64,000 bases of DNA from Bacteroidales bacterium (GCA_963676415.1 OY781097.1:3972965-4036964), one strand, 5' to 3'. Shown: positions 1-10,812, numbered from the stretch's first letter. Notes: a model not told the origin generated them from the sequence alone. Program-made: numbers and translations.

Positions 1-756
1 CTCTGGCAAGCCATGGAACTGGTGGAAAACGGGAATTATGCACAGGCTGAAAACATCCTGAAAGGGATTATCGACGGTTATCCCGAAGGCGAAGAAGCCA
101 TCAGCGCAACAAAAGTGCTTTATAAAATGCAGGCAAAACATAATAGTGATTATACAGGCCTGAAGCAATATTTTCAATCCACATTAGAGCTTACCGAAGA
201 CACGGCACGCATGTTCAGGTTGCTGAGGTCGATGGTTTGCTGGTGCGATGTAAAAAGCGGCAGCCTGCACCAGGCCCTTTCGGGTTTCAACCAGATCATT
301 GCCGATCCTTTTGATTATCCGGACCAAATTTTTGCCGAACTTGACAAGCAGTATGTTGAAGAACTTGTTGCTGCACAAGCTAACCTAAAGTCTGATGAAG
401 CAGGCCGGAATACTTTGGCTGCCCGTCAGTTTGAGCTTACCCGCGATTTGTTTGGCAAAGAAAAGGGTATGGACGAATGGCTTTCTGAAGAGAGCCCCTT
501 AGCAGACCTAAGCGCCTATCAAAAAACATCGGGAACAGCTACCATGCAGTTTGATTCAGAAGTTTCCGGTGAAATAGAGATCAGCCTCTACAGTATTGAC
601 GGCAGGCTTTGCCAGCAGTGGCACGTAAGTATTCAAAAAGGCGCAAACCAAATAGATGTGGAACTGAATTCAGTACCGAAAGGGGTTCATTTGGTCAGTC
701 TGCGTTCGGTAGGTGGGCAATTTTATGGCAGTGTGAAGCTAAGCATTGGACTGTAA
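1..756 (+). CDS. 3' part of a secreted protein with a TPR-like helical region and a T9SS type A C-terminal sorting domain (open at left window edge)
   Basis: The frame is open from base 1 (ctc tgg caa gcc atg). Helical 'YAQAENILKGIIDGYPEGEEA' region. C-terminus 'IEISLYSIDGRLC...VPKGVHLVSLRS...SVKLSI' resembles a T9SS CTD. Confidence 0.7.
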   Translation, partial: LWQAMELVENGNYAQAENILKGIIDGYPEGEEAISATKVLYKMQAKHNSDYTGLKQYFQSTLELTEDTARMFRLLRSMVCWCDVKSGSLHQALSGFNQIIADPFDYPDQIFAELDKQYVEELVAAQANLKSDEAGRNTLAARQFELTRDLFGKEKGMDEWLSEESPLADLSAYQKTSGTATMQFDSEVSGEIEISLYSIDGRLCQQWHVSIQKGANQIDVELNSVPKGVHLVSLRSVGGQFYGSVKLSIGL

Positions 757-838
757 ATGTATAAAAACAAATCTCAATCCATGTAAAAAAAGGAGATGGT
801 TAGCTTTTGCACTGAGCTCCACGAAGCGATTGACTCGA

Positions 839-3151
839 TTAAAAGGAAGTCAGCCCTTTTACTACTACTTCACTGAAACTCTCGCCCCCAGCCACCAAAG
901 TACACACATAAGCCCCCGGCGCCAAATCATGCGTTTGCATAAGGAAACGGCTTGCCCGGCCATGCAACATGATTTTGCTTTGGCGGACAATCTTTCCGTT
1001 CATATCGGTAAGTTGGAGCGTTGCTTCACCCTGAAATTCCAGCTTGATATTGATTTGCAAACTATTGGAAAAGGGATTGCCTTCTATTGCAAAAGCTTCT
1101 TGTTCTACATGGCTTTGGATGGGTTCGATGCCTACGGGCAGGCCGTCGCCAAAATACACCAATCGGCTTTCGCTGTGTGCATAATCATATTGAACGCAAC
1201 CAAAGGCCCATACATGATGACCATCGGGATCAAGGCAAAGACCTTCCAGTAAAGGATAAGGACCATGCATTTCCCAGCTTTCATCATTTAATTGTTCACA
1301 AAACCATGAGATATGCAGATAATCGTAATGACCAATTTTATAATTCTGATTGAATAGGGTTACCAATTGGCCATCACTTCGGATAAGCACATCAGCAATA
1401 TAGCCGCTGTCGGGTGCAGTGTAAACCGGCAATGGATCGTACAAAGGAACACGGATGCTTTCCCAAATGCCCGGATATTTTGCTTTATCCACCAAATACA
1501 TGCTGTTGTTGCCGGATGCAAAGCCCATGCGCAAGGGAGCGAGGTTCAGGGAATATGCTTCCCATCCGTCCTCTTCTTCATCAAAAACATAATAGCTCCC
1601 ATGTCCTGCTTCATCAGCACCAAATAGGGTTTTCCCGCCGGAATGGATATAGATATCATTCAGTTCCGAAAAAGCTGCCGGAAGTTGGAATTCTGTCAAT
1701 TCTTGTTGCAAAGGCTGGTTGACAAAAAGTTTTGCTTCCTCATTTTCTTTTCCAAGCAAAAACAATTGATTGGAAGCCGCATATTCCATGTCCGTTAGGG
1801 AGAAATGATCAATATCCAGTTGGGTTTCCTGCCAGGAATTGCCCTTGTTTGTTGTACTAATAATAAAGGACAAACTATCTTCTTGCGCATAAACAGCGGC
1901 TTGTTGGCCGTATTTTGATGCCAACTGTAAGTCTTTGCCCGGAAAAGGGATGCTGTCGCGGCTATAAAAGTAATCCCGGCTCTGCAACATACGATCCTGC
2001 GTTTGGAGAAACATGCTGTTGCCCATGAAAAACATATCATTAAAGGCATCAAAAAAATCCTGATGTACCGGATACCAGTTTTGCCCGTCCTGGGTTTGGA
2101 TCATTGCATAATCATAAGGCACTTCGTTTTGATGGATACGACCGGCAAAAAAAGCAATGGCCAAATCTTCTGTAAACGGATAAAGGGCTGTAACATTAGG
2201 ACTATAAAAATAAGGAAAACCGGGCATGGTATTTACGGTCCAATTATAGCCCCCGTCATGTGTAGTAATTATTTGAAATCCTCCACAATCCCCATCGCAT
2301 GAACCGTAATAATAAAAAACGGAATCGTTCACTATTTTAAGTCCTTTAGGTTTAAAGGAGACAAATTCTTCCAAAACTAATTCCCAGCTTTCGCCGCAAT
2401 CATCAGAACGAAGGAGTCCAGCTCCCCCTGAATATCGTGTTTTCTTATGTTCACTTTTGGTTATTATAATCTCTCCTGTTATCAAAAATGTTTGATCTTT
2501 CAGAAAATGCACTTCATCAACAAGGCCAAAATAATTTTGCGGACCGGCAGCCATCAGTTCAAAAAACAAACCTCCATTTGTTGTTTTATATACAAGCTGA
2601 TCTTCATAATCACCGGCTATATAAATGCCTGTATCCATATCTTTAAAAGCAACACCTAAAACTTTATCAGACTGATATATAAAAGGCTGTATGTTAATGC
2701 TTTTACTGCTCCAACTCTTTCCTCCATCTGTTGTCCTAAAAACCCGCTCCTCACTACATGCATAACCGTTCTGCTCATTCAGCATATCAATGCTTTTGGG
2801 CAGGAGTTTGATGCTGTCTGGCATGGCAAAGAGCAGTTCCCATGTATTTCCATAATCCATAGTTTTGAATAAACTGCTCTCAGAAGCTATAATGGCATTT
2901 GAACCGGAAAGCTTATGGATACTGAGCAGATGACCACTTGTAAAAGGTGGTAATGTTTCCCAATCCTGCCCTTTGCTGGAAGTAGTCAGGACTGCGCCCC
3001 AGTTCCCTACCATAAGTCCATGCTCATCGTCCCAAAATTCGATATCGTTGATGGTGGAGCCGGTAGGTTTAGGATTTGTCCAGTGGATTTGTTGGGCGAA
3101 ATTTTGTGTTCCAAAAATTATAAAAAAAAATACGATAATACTTTTTGTCAT
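839..3151 (-). CDS. YCF48/BNR (Asp-box) repeat beta-propeller protein with T9SS C-terminal domain (paralog B1)
   Basis: Signal peptide, repeated TxDxGxxW Asp-box motifs (TMDYGNTW, TTDGGKSW, SDDCGESW, THDGGYNW), CTD 'GNPFSNSL..LTDMNGKIV..LAPGAYVC'. Confidence 0.8.
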   Translation of the reverse strand: MTKSIIVFFFIIFGTQNFAQQIHWTNPKPTGSTINDIEFWDDEHGLMVGNWGAVLTTSSKGQDWETLPPFTSGHLLSIHKLSGSNAIIASESSLFKTMDYGNTWELLFAMPDSIKLLPKSIDMLNEQNGYACSEERVFRTTDGGKSWSSKSINIQPFIYQSDKVLGVAFKDMDTGIYIAGDYEDQLVYKTTNGGLFFELMAAGPQNYFGLVDEVHFLKDQTFLITGEIIITKSEHKKTRYSGGAGLLRSDDCGESWELVLEEFVSFKPKGLKIVNDSVFYYYGSCDGDCGGFQIITTHDGGYNWTVNTMPGFPYFYSPNVTALYPFTEDLAIAFFAGRIHQNEVPYDYAMIQTQDGQNWYPVHQDFFDAFNDMFFMGNSMFLQTQDRMLQSRDYFYSRDSIPFPGKDLQLASKYGQQAAVYAQEDSLSFIISTTNKGNSWQETQLDIDHFSLTDMEYAASNQLFLLGKENEEAKLFVNQPLQQELTEFQLPAAFSELNDIYIHSGGKTLFGADEAGHGSYYVFDEEEDGWEAYSLNLAPLRMGFASGNNSMYLVDKAKYPGIWESIRVPLYDPLPVYTAPDSGYIADVLIRSDGQLVTLFNQNYKIGHYDYLHISWFCEQLNDESWEMHGPYPLLEGLCLDPDGHHVWAFGCVQYDYAHSESRLVYFGDGLPVGIEPIQSHVEQEAFAIEGNPFSNSLQINIKLEFQGEATLQLTDMNGKIVRQSKIMLHGRASRFLMQTHDLAPGAYVCTLVAGGESFSEVVVKGLTSF

Positions 3152-3227
3152 GACTTAATGTTTGATACAAATCTAATAAAAAACACCCAGCACTGGATGT
3201 ACTGAGTGATTTTCTATATCAAATGCC

Positions 3228-4757
3228 TTAATAGTTCCTTCTGATGAGAAAGGTTTGTCGGTTAACAATTTTACCATTTTCATCTAAAACTGTAAGTATG
3301 TATTTATTGGGCTTCAAAGCGGAAACATCAATAGTTTCACTATAAGATGTTAGGTGAGTATTAAAATTCAAGTCGTATATTATCGATTTGTCACCCTTCC
3401 ATAAGCCTTTCAGATTGATCAATTTATCTGCAGGATTTGGATATAAGAGAACCTGTCGTATATTGATATCTGTTGTATCTGTCATTGATTTGGTTATAGC
3501 AGCGCCACCACAATTAATGGGTGGTTGGACTATTGATAAACCATGAGGCAATGCCATGGTATTTACATACTGAAAAGCAAAATAACCTCTGTAATTATCA
3601 TTTTGCATGCAATAAGTTGGGCGATAATAAGTCTCATACATCACATCTTTCATCTCAACCCATGTATCATACATATGTGCTGCATGTCCAACTAACATTG
3701 GAGCGGCATCAATCGGGATAACATCTCCAACCCCATACATTTCATCCGAAAAATAGTGTTTTTCATACCAATCGTAACACTTACCAAGCCCTTCTTCATT
3801 ACTATATTGACCGGAATAACAAATGTCATTATAATTAGTCTTTATACAATCTTTACCAATACAAGTTGCACCTGCGCCTGGACAATATGTTTCTGGTAGT
3901 ATTATGTCGAAATAGTGTTCGCCATCGCCTTGAATACCACAGTATAGGCTAAAATCCCCGTTTGGAAAGTTTTGGGTTTGAGATAAATTGTGCCAGAGCC
4001 ACTGCACCGTTCCCATATAAACATTATCCACGTTTTGCATGGTGTATCCGGATTCAATATAAGGATTGAAAAAACCATGTCCATTACCATCTGTTACTTC
4101 CATTTCGTCATAAATTTCTTTGACAAGACTTCTAAAGTTCCCTAAAACGGTATTATTGTCAGTTAAGGCAAATGAAGTACATAAATCGCTGTCCCAATTT
4201 GAAATTGTCCATGGCTCAACATTTATCACAATCCCATCAAAATGCGCCTTTTTTGTTTTAAAATCAGGGTGATATAAAATATTTTCTTTTCTGACATGTG
4301 TCTGATAGTAAACCAAACACCGTGTTTTTTGAAGAATCCTGTCTTTCATTGCTGCAATTGAAGTAAGATTACTTTCATCATTTTCAATGCCATATGCAAA
4401 AACCTTTATTCCTTTGTGGTAAGCTTTATCTACAAAATCAACTACACTGTCAAGATAGTAAGGGTATCCAGAAAGATTATCATTAAGTCCTAAATCTTCC
4501 ATATCTGGATTATTCGTTTTGGCATCCTTAAGATATAAAAATATTGTGTTAAAGCCTTTATCCTGTACATTTTTCAAAATTTCATGGTTATCATAGATTT
4601 TGAAGGCATCCTTATAACCTACTATTATCGCTTTATACCTTGTAACCTGCCCAAGCGTAAGTCCACTGATAAATAAACTAAAAATTGCTACTAAAGCCAG
4701 GCCTTTCATATTTGAAGACCAATTGTTGAATTTGTTAAAAGATCTGTTGTTTTTCAT
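3228..4757 (-). CDS. Secreted Cys-rich protein with a possible TIM-barrel glycoside-hydrolase-like domain and T9SS CTD (paralog A1)
   Basis: Signal peptide; 'GFNTIFL..FVDKAYHKGIKV..FDGIVINVEPW' resembles GH18/GHL10-like barrel strands; CTD 'LYPNPADKLINL..YILTVLDENG'. The CTD call is firm, the catalytic fold is tentative. Confidence 0.55.
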   Translation of the reverse strand: MKNNRSFNKFNNWSSNMKGLALVAIFSLFISGLTLGQVTRYKAIIVGYKDAFKIYDNHEILKNVQDKGFNTIFLYLKDAKTNNPDMEDLGLNDNLSGYPYYLDSVVDFVDKAYHKGIKVFAYGIENDESNLTSIAAMKDRILQKTRCLVYYQTHVRKENILYHPDFKTKKAHFDGIVINVEPWTISNWDSDLCTSFALTDNNTVLGNFRSLVKEIYDEMEVTDGNGHGFFNPYIESGYTMQNVDNVYMGTVQWLWHNLSQTQNFPNGDFSLYCGIQGDGEHYFDIILPETYCPGAGATCIGKDCIKTNYNDICYSGQYSNEEGLGKCYDWYEKHYFSDEMYGVGDVIPIDAAPMLVGHAAHMYDTWVEMKDVMYETYYRPTYCMQNDNYRGYFAFQYVNTMALPHGLSIVQPPINCGGAAITKSMTDTTDINIRQVLLYPNPADKLINLKGLWKGDKSIIYDLNFNTHLTSYSETIDVSALKPNKYILTVLDENGKIVNRQTFLIRRNY

Positions 4758-4942
4758 TTTCTAAGTTTTAAAATTTGATTAATCAGGTTAACAATATAAT
4801 AAATTCATAATGAACCAAATAAAAAAAATAGCGATGGGCTTAATGGAAAAAATCTTTGCTTATTTCAAATGACTACGAAACAAAAGTAAATAATTAATAT
4901 GAAACAGCAAGGAAGTTTTGTAACTATTTTGTTAACTTCCCA

Positions 4943-7234
4943 TTATTGTTTTATAATTTTTTCGCTGAAACTGTTACCCCCAGCCACAAAAGTACACACA
5001 TAAGCCCCCGGCGCCAAATCATGCGTTTGCATAAGGAAACGGCTTGCCCGGCCATGCAACATGATTTTGCTTTGGCGGACAATCTTTCCGTTCATATCGG
5101 TAAGTTGGAGCGTTGCTTCACCCTGAAATTCCAGCTTGATATTGATTTGCAAACTATTGGAAAAGGGATTGCCTTCTATTGCAAAAGCTTCTTGTTCTAC
5201 ATGGCTTTGGATGGGTTCGATGCCTACGGGCAGGCCGTCGCCAAAATACACCAATCGGCTTTCGCTGAGTGCATAATCATATTGAACGCAACCAAAGGCC
5301 CATATATGATGACCATCGGGATCAAGGCAAAGACCTTCCAGTAAAGGATAAGGACCATGCATTTCCCAGCTTTCATCATTTAATTGCTCACAAAACCATG
5401 AGATATGCAGATAATCGTAATGACCAATTTTATAATTCTGATTGAATAGGGTTACCAATTGGCCATCACTTCGGATAAGCACATCAGCAATATAGCCGCT
5501 GTCGGGTGCAGTGAAAACCGGCAATGGATCGAACAAAGGAACACGGATGCTTTCCCAAATGCCCGGATATTTTGCTTTATCCACCAAATACATACTGTTG
5601 TTGCCGGATGCAAAGCCCATGCGCAAGGGAGCGAGCTTCAGGGAATATGCTTCCCATCTATCCTCTTCTTCATTAAAAACATAATAGCTCCCCTGACCTG
5701 CTTCATCAGCACCAAAAAGGGTTTTCTCTCCGGAATGGATATAGATATCGTTCAGTTCCGAAAAAGCTGCCGGAAGTTGAAATTCTGTCAATTCCGGCTG
5801 TAAAGGCTGGTTGACAAAAAGTTTTGCTTCTTCATTTTCTTTTCCAAGTAAAAACAGTTGATCGGAAGCCGCATATTCCATGTCCGTTAGGGAGAAATGA
5901 TGAATATTTAATTGGGTTTGCTGCCATTGCTGCCCATTGTCCATTGTGTTTATGAGAAATGAAAGGCTGTCGTTTTGCGCATAAACAGCGGCTTGTGGGA
6001 CGTATTTTGATGCCAAAAGCAAGTCTTTGCCCGGAAAAGGGATGCTGTCGCGGCTATAAAAGTAATCCCGGCTCTGCAACATACGATCCTGCGTTTGGAG
6101 AAACATGCTGTTGCCCATAAAAAACATATCCGTAAAAGCCTCATAATAATCCTGATGCACAGGCCGCCAATTTTGGCCATCCTGGGTTTGAATTAGAGAG
6201 TACACATATGGCACATTTTCCTTGTAACCATAAAAAAAGGCTATTGCATCATCGGCAGAAAACGGGTATAAAGCTGTTACTGCCTGACTGTAAAAAGTTG
6301 GATAATCGGGCATGGCATTCATTGACCATGTATAGCCCCCATCATAAGTCTTAATAACCTGAAAACCACCGCAATCAGTGCAAAAGCCATAATAAAAATA
6401 TACAGAATCATTTGCTGTTTTAAAGCCCTCTGGCTTAAACCAAATCTTTTGATGAACGCCTTTGAATATGTACTCCCAGGTCTCTCCACAATCGTCTGAA
6501 CGAATCAAGCCTGGCCCATCAAAATAACTTATATTTTGTTTATCTCCTTTTGTTGTCAAAACATCACCAGTAATCAATAAGGTTTGTTTATCCAAATAAA
6601 TAAACTCATCTACATTTCCGAAATGCGCATTTTGAATAGGAATATTTGGAGTAAAAGACAAACCAGCATTAACAGTCTTATTTATCTCAAATGTTTCAAC
6701 ATCATCAACAATATAAAATCCTGTATCAATATCTTTGAACGCTACCCCTCCCAATTTATAAGATGTGGGCAAAATATTAATACCTTCGCTACTCCAGTTC
6801 CGGCCTCCATCTGTTGTCCTAAAAACCCGCTCCTCACTACATGCATAACCGTTCTGCTCATCCAGCATATCAATGCTTTTGGGCAGGAGTTTGATGCTGT
6901 CGGGCATAACAAAGAGCAGTTCCCATGTATTTCCATAATCCATAGTTTTGAATAAACTGCTCTCAGAAGCTATAATGGCATTTGAACCGGAAAGCTTATG
7001 GATACTGAGCAAATGACCGCTTGTAAAAGGCGGTAATGTTTCCCAATCCTGCCCTTTGCTGGAAGTAGTCAGGACTGCGCCCCAGTTCCCCACCATAAGC
7101 CCGTGCTCATCATCCCAAAACTCAATATCGTTGATGGTGGAGCCGGTAGGTTTGGGATTGGCCCAGTGGATTTGCTGGGCGAAATTTTTACCTCCAAGAA
7201 TTAAAAACAAGAATAAGATAATACTTTTTGTCAT
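4943..7234 (-). CDS. YCF48/BNR repeat protein with T9SS CTD (paralog B2)
   Basis: Near-identical to 839..3151 at the N- and C-terminal parts, with a divergent centre. Confidence 0.8.
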   Translation of the reverse strand: MTKSIILFLFLILGGKNFAQQIHWANPKPTGSTINDIEFWDDEHGLMVGNWGAVLTTSSKGQDWETLPPFTSGHLLSIHKLSGSNAIIASESSLFKTMDYGNTWELLFVMPDSIKLLPKSIDMLDEQNGYACSEERVFRTTDGGRNWSSEGINILPTSYKLGGVAFKDIDTGFYIVDDVETFEINKTVNAGLSFTPNIPIQNAHFGNVDEFIYLDKQTLLITGDVLTTKGDKQNISYFDGPGLIRSDDCGETWEYIFKGVHQKIWFKPEGFKTANDSVYFYYGFCTDCGGFQVIKTYDGGYTWSMNAMPDYPTFYSQAVTALYPFSADDAIAFFYGYKENVPYVYSLIQTQDGQNWRPVHQDYYEAFTDMFFMGNSMFLQTQDRMLQSRDYFYSRDSIPFPGKDLLLASKYVPQAAVYAQNDSLSFLINTMDNGQQWQQTQLNIHHFSLTDMEYAASDQLFLLGKENEEAKLFVNQPLQPELTEFQLPAAFSELNDIYIHSGEKTLFGADEAGQGSYYVFNEEEDRWEAYSLKLAPLRMGFASGNNSMYLVDKAKYPGIWESIRVPLFDPLPVFTAPDSGYIADVLIRSDGQLVTLFNQNYKIGHYDYLHISWFCEQLNDESWEMHGPYPLLEGLCLDPDGHHIWAFGCVQYDYALSESRLVYFGDGLPVGIEPIQSHVEQEAFAIEGNPFSNSLQINIKLEFQGEATLQLTDMNGKIVRQSKIMLHGRASRFLMQTHDLAPGAYVCTFVAGGNSFSEKIIKQ

Positions 7235-7954
7235 GACTTAATGTTTGATACAAATCTAACAAAAATCACCCAGCACTGGATGTACTGAGTGATTTTCTAT
7301 GCCAAATGCCTTAATAGTTCCTTCTGATGAGAAAGGTTTGTCGGTTAACAATTTTACCATTTTCATCTATGACTGTAAGTATGTATTTATTGGGCTTCAA
7401 TGCAGAAATATCAATAGTTTCGCTATAGGAAGTAAGATGGAGATTAAAATTCAAGTCATAAATAATTGATTTGTCACCCTTCCATAAACCTTTCAGATTG
7501 ATCATTTTATCTGCAGGATTAGGATATAAGAGAACCTGACGAATATTGATATCTGTAGTATCTGTTATTGATTTGGTGATAGCTGCTCCACCACAATTAA
7601 TAGGCGGTTGGGCTACAGATATACCATGAGGCAAATCCATCATGCTTGCATATTTAAACACAAAATAACCTCTATAGTTATCGTTTTGCATACAGTAGGT
7701 AGGACGGTAATAAGTTTCGTACATTAGGTTTTTCATATCTATCCATGTATCGTGCATATGTCCAGCATGTCCTACTAACATTGGAGCGGCATCAATAGGT
7801 ATTACTTTATTCGCATCATACATCTCATCTGAAAAATAGTGCTTTTCAAACCAATCATAACACCCCCCAACTTTATCTAAATTTTTGTAGTAATCAGGGT
7901 CATTAGGGTCGCCAGTGCATAATGTAGTATTATTTACTGTGCAATCGTTACCTA

Positions 7955-9071
7955 GTGTATTAATTATTTAATAAGTTAACTAATTTTCAATGCATCACCA
8001 GTATAAGTCCATCGAAAGGGCTTAGCACGTGTCTCATTGTATGTTTTCACGTATTCAATAAGTTGAGAAGCCAATTGTTCTGATGATTTCCAAACACCTC
8101 CTTTTACAACATCCTTTGTTAATATATTGAACCATATCTCGACTTGATTCAACCAAGAAGAATACGTTGGGGTGAAGTGCAATGTGATTTTCCTTTTTCC
8201 TTTCAGCCACTCCTTAACGTCTTTTTGTTTATGTACCGAAAGGTTGTCTGCAATTATGTGAAGCTTTTTGTTTCTGTATTTCCTATCAAGTGATTTTAAG
8301 AACTTTAAGAAGTTTTCTGCATTATTTGATTTAATTGTTTTGGCTGTTACTTCACCTGTATGCACTGCAAGTGCCGCAATTAACGAAACAGTTCCGTTGC
8401 GTTTGTAGGTGGCTGTTTGTCTTTTCGGATTTCCTGGCCGTAATGGCAACTCTGGCTGAGTTCTATCGAGTGCCTGTATTTGAGTTTTTTCGTCAACACA
8501 AATAACCAAAGCGTTTTCTGGTGGCGACATGTAAAGCCCAACAATGTTGGTCATTTTTTCTTCAAACTCTGGGTCTTTTGACTTGCCGCACCAATACTCA
8601 ATTTTATGTGGCTTTATGTCTGCTTGTTTAAGAATCTGAAATACTTTAGACTGGCTAATCCCTACTTCTTTGGCGATACGTTCTTGAGACCAGTTAGTGT
8701 ATCCGTCATCTGGCTTTGTGCAGGCTTTCTCAATTACCATAGCCTGTTGTTCTGCAGTGATAACCTTTGGTTTTCCACTTCGGTAAGCATCCTTCAAACC
8801 TGTAATACCTTGCTCGCGAAATCGTTGTCTCCATTTATTTACTACAGGTCTACTAAGCCCTGTTTGCTCTACTATTTCACTCATCGATAAACCTTGATCG
8901 GATAATATAATTATCTCGGCACGCTCAACGTAACGTTTTTCAAGTTTGTGTGAACGGCTCATGGAAAGAAGCTCTGCCTTCTCTTCCGTTGTTATCTGAA
9001 TGGGTTTTCCTATCCTTGCCATGTGGCAAAGATAATAAAATATTAGTTAATTAACTTTATAATTATAACAC
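7955..9071 (-). mobile_element. IS630-family insertion sequence, copy 1 (1117 bp)
   Basis: Flanked by duplicated TA (7953-54 and 9072-73) within a CTAG target. Imperfect 29-bp terminal IRs (22/29 match). Single transposase ORF; second copy at 31488..32604. Confidence 0.95.
7976..9022 (-). CDS. IS630-family transposase
   Basis: N-terminal HTHs; DDE motifs 'VICVDEKT', 'IIADNLSVH', 'LNQVEIWF'. Confidence 0.95.
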   Translation of the reverse strand: MARIGKPIQITTEEKAELLSMSRSHKLEKRYVERAEIIILSDQGLSMSEIVEQTGLSRPVVNKWRQRFREQGITGLKDAYRSGKPKVITAEQQAMVIEKACTKPDDGYTNWSQERIAKEVGISQSKVFQILKQADIKPHKIEYWCGKSKDPEFEEKMTNIVGLYMSPPENALVICVDEKTQIQALDRTQPELPLRPGNPKRQTATYKRNGTVSLIAALAVHTGEVTAKTIKSNNAENFLKFLKSLDRKYRNKKLHIIADNLSVHKQKDVKEWLKGKRKITLHFTPTYSSWLNQVEIWFNILTKDVVKGGVWKSSEQLASQLIEYVKTYNETRAKPFRWTYTGDALKIS

Positions 9072-10392
9072 TAGACAAGTATTCCCTCCTTGAGGACAAT
9101 ATGTTTCAACCATAATAATATCAAATAAGTGTTTTTGACTTCCCCCGATATTTTGTAGGCCGACCCATTTGTTTAGATTGCCATTTGGGAACTCTGTGTA
9201 TTTTTGGGAAAAATAATGAAAATTCCAATGAGCAGTCCCCATGAATTTGTTATCAAGATTTTGGAGCGTACCTGTGCTAACGTCAGGATTAAAAAAACCT
9301 TTAGTGATCATATCTTGATACATCTGTGCAACCAATTCGAAGTGATCATCTAATATTTCATTATTGTTTTCTCTTCCACCGCAATCACACAAATCATCTT
9401 CGTATGGATACACATTTTTTCCTTTATCCCAATCGTCTAAAACCCATGGCTCCATATTAGTGACAATTCCATGAAAATGAGCATTTTTATCATGAAAATC
9501 AGTGTGTTCAGTACCACCACGTACTCTTTTTTGGTAATAACATATTCTGTCAATTCTTTTTAGTACTGCTTCTTCCTTATCGGAAACTGAAGCGCCCCCG
9601 TTATAATCACATTGCAGAGCAAAGACTTTTATGCCTTGAGCATCAGCATTGTGACAAAAGTCGACAACCTTGTCTAGATACACATGAGGATCACTACCTA
9701 ATGAAATTTCCAAACCCAAATTATCGTCATCGGGATCAGTACTACAGATTTTTAGCATCAAGAAAACAGTATTTAACCCTTTTGCAGAAATATTGTTTAA
9801 AAGCGTCTGGTTACTAGTATTTTTAAAGGGGGAATCATATAAAATAACGCTTTTGTATCTTACAACCTGCCCAAGCGTAAGTCCACTGATAAATAAACTA
9901 AAAATTGCTACTAAAGCCAGGCCTTTCATATTTGAAGACCAATTGTTGAATTTGTTTAAAGATCTGTTGTTTTTCATTTTCACTTATTTTTAAAATATTT
10001 GGTTAAATAGAGCTCAAAAATGTTAAAATCACAAAAAAAATGAGTTTCCAGGCAATTTTCGTTAATAATATTTCAATTCTATCAGTAATCAGAAACTAAA
10101 AGTACAAATTATATCTACAATAACAAGTTTACAGCATATTAATTTTTTGAAAAATTAATGTATGCATTAAATAAAATATAAAACCGCATACGCCAAGGGA
10201 GCAATCACAAACACATAGCAGTTCACCCAAACCATTTTAAAACTTGATATTTCAATTTACCCTGTATTACTCATAAAACTCCTATTACGAGCGCAAAAGG
10301 CCTTAGCAGAAAGAATTGTTGTTTAAATGGTTATTTACTTGCCTGAAAAAATCAATTATTAGGTATTTTTGCAAATAGAAAAAGGATGATAG

Positions 10393-10698
10393 ATGAAATG
10401 GCTCAAAAAAATATTCCTGCTTCCGGTTTATATTTATAAATATATCATCAGTCCGCTGACGCCGCCTTCGTGCAGGCACTACCCTACTTGTTCCTCCTAT
10501 GCGATAAGTGCCGTGGAGCGTCATGGGATTATAAAAGGCGGGAAAATCGCCACAAACCGCATTGCCCGTTGCCAGCCCTGGGGCACCAGCGGATATGATC
10601 CTGTACCTCTGTTTTTATTCAAAAAACTGAAAACCCAAAAATTCCCCAGCTCGGATTTGCTTAAGGAAAGGGAAAAGCACGAAGGAGCAAAGGAATAG
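10393..10698 (+). CDS. yidD: Membrane protein insertion efficiency factor YidD
   Basis: 'YKYIISPLTPPSCRHYPTCSSYA..RCQPWGTSGYDPVP' signature. Confidence 0.92.
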   Translation: MKWLKKIFLLPVYIYKYIISPLTPPSCRHYPTCSSYAISAVERHGIIKGGKIATNRIARCQPWGTSGYDPVPLFLFKKLKTQKFPSSDLLKEREKHEGAKE

Positions 10699-10797
10699 AA
10701 CGCCACAATGTCAGTATTATTGAATATATTTCAGTTTTTACGGTCATATTGGCATTCAAATTATTAATTTTGGCTTTCGGAATCCTCCATTTTCGGC

Positions 10798-10812
10798 TGG
10801 CACATCATTTGA
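10798..10812 (+). promoter_or_regulatory. Possible sigma54-type promoter upstream of hsp20
   Basis: TGGCAC-N5-TTGA with canonical -24/-12 spacing (consensus TGGCAC-N5-TTGC), about 55 bp before the start codon. Confidence 0.4.

Larger units (their letters stand above)
7311..9983 (-). pseudogene. Paralog A2 of 3228..4757, split by IS630
   Basis: The 306-aa N-terminal piece (9063..9983) and 170-aa C-terminal piece (7311..7823) both match A1. Removing 7955..9071 plus one TA restores the frame: ...GGNTCLGNDCTVNNTTLC...VGGCYDWFEKHYFSDEMY, versus A1 TCIGKDC...CYDWYEKHYFSDEMY. Confidence 0.9.

Noticed and set aside
746-1252. Antisense ORF apparently conserved in two copies (also 4946..5344, 1367..1627 and 5459..5803)
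   Set aside because: The conservation simply reflects the duplicated B genes on the opposite strand; lengths and stops differ between copies.
8606-8890. Identical antisense ORF in both IS copies (also 32139..32423)
   Set aside because: Shadow of the transposase gene.
839-9983. Diversity-generating retroelement as the cause of paralog variation
   Set aside because: No reverse transcriptase in the window. The differences include indels and all base types over hundreds of codons, not adenine-specific changes in a short TR/VR pair.
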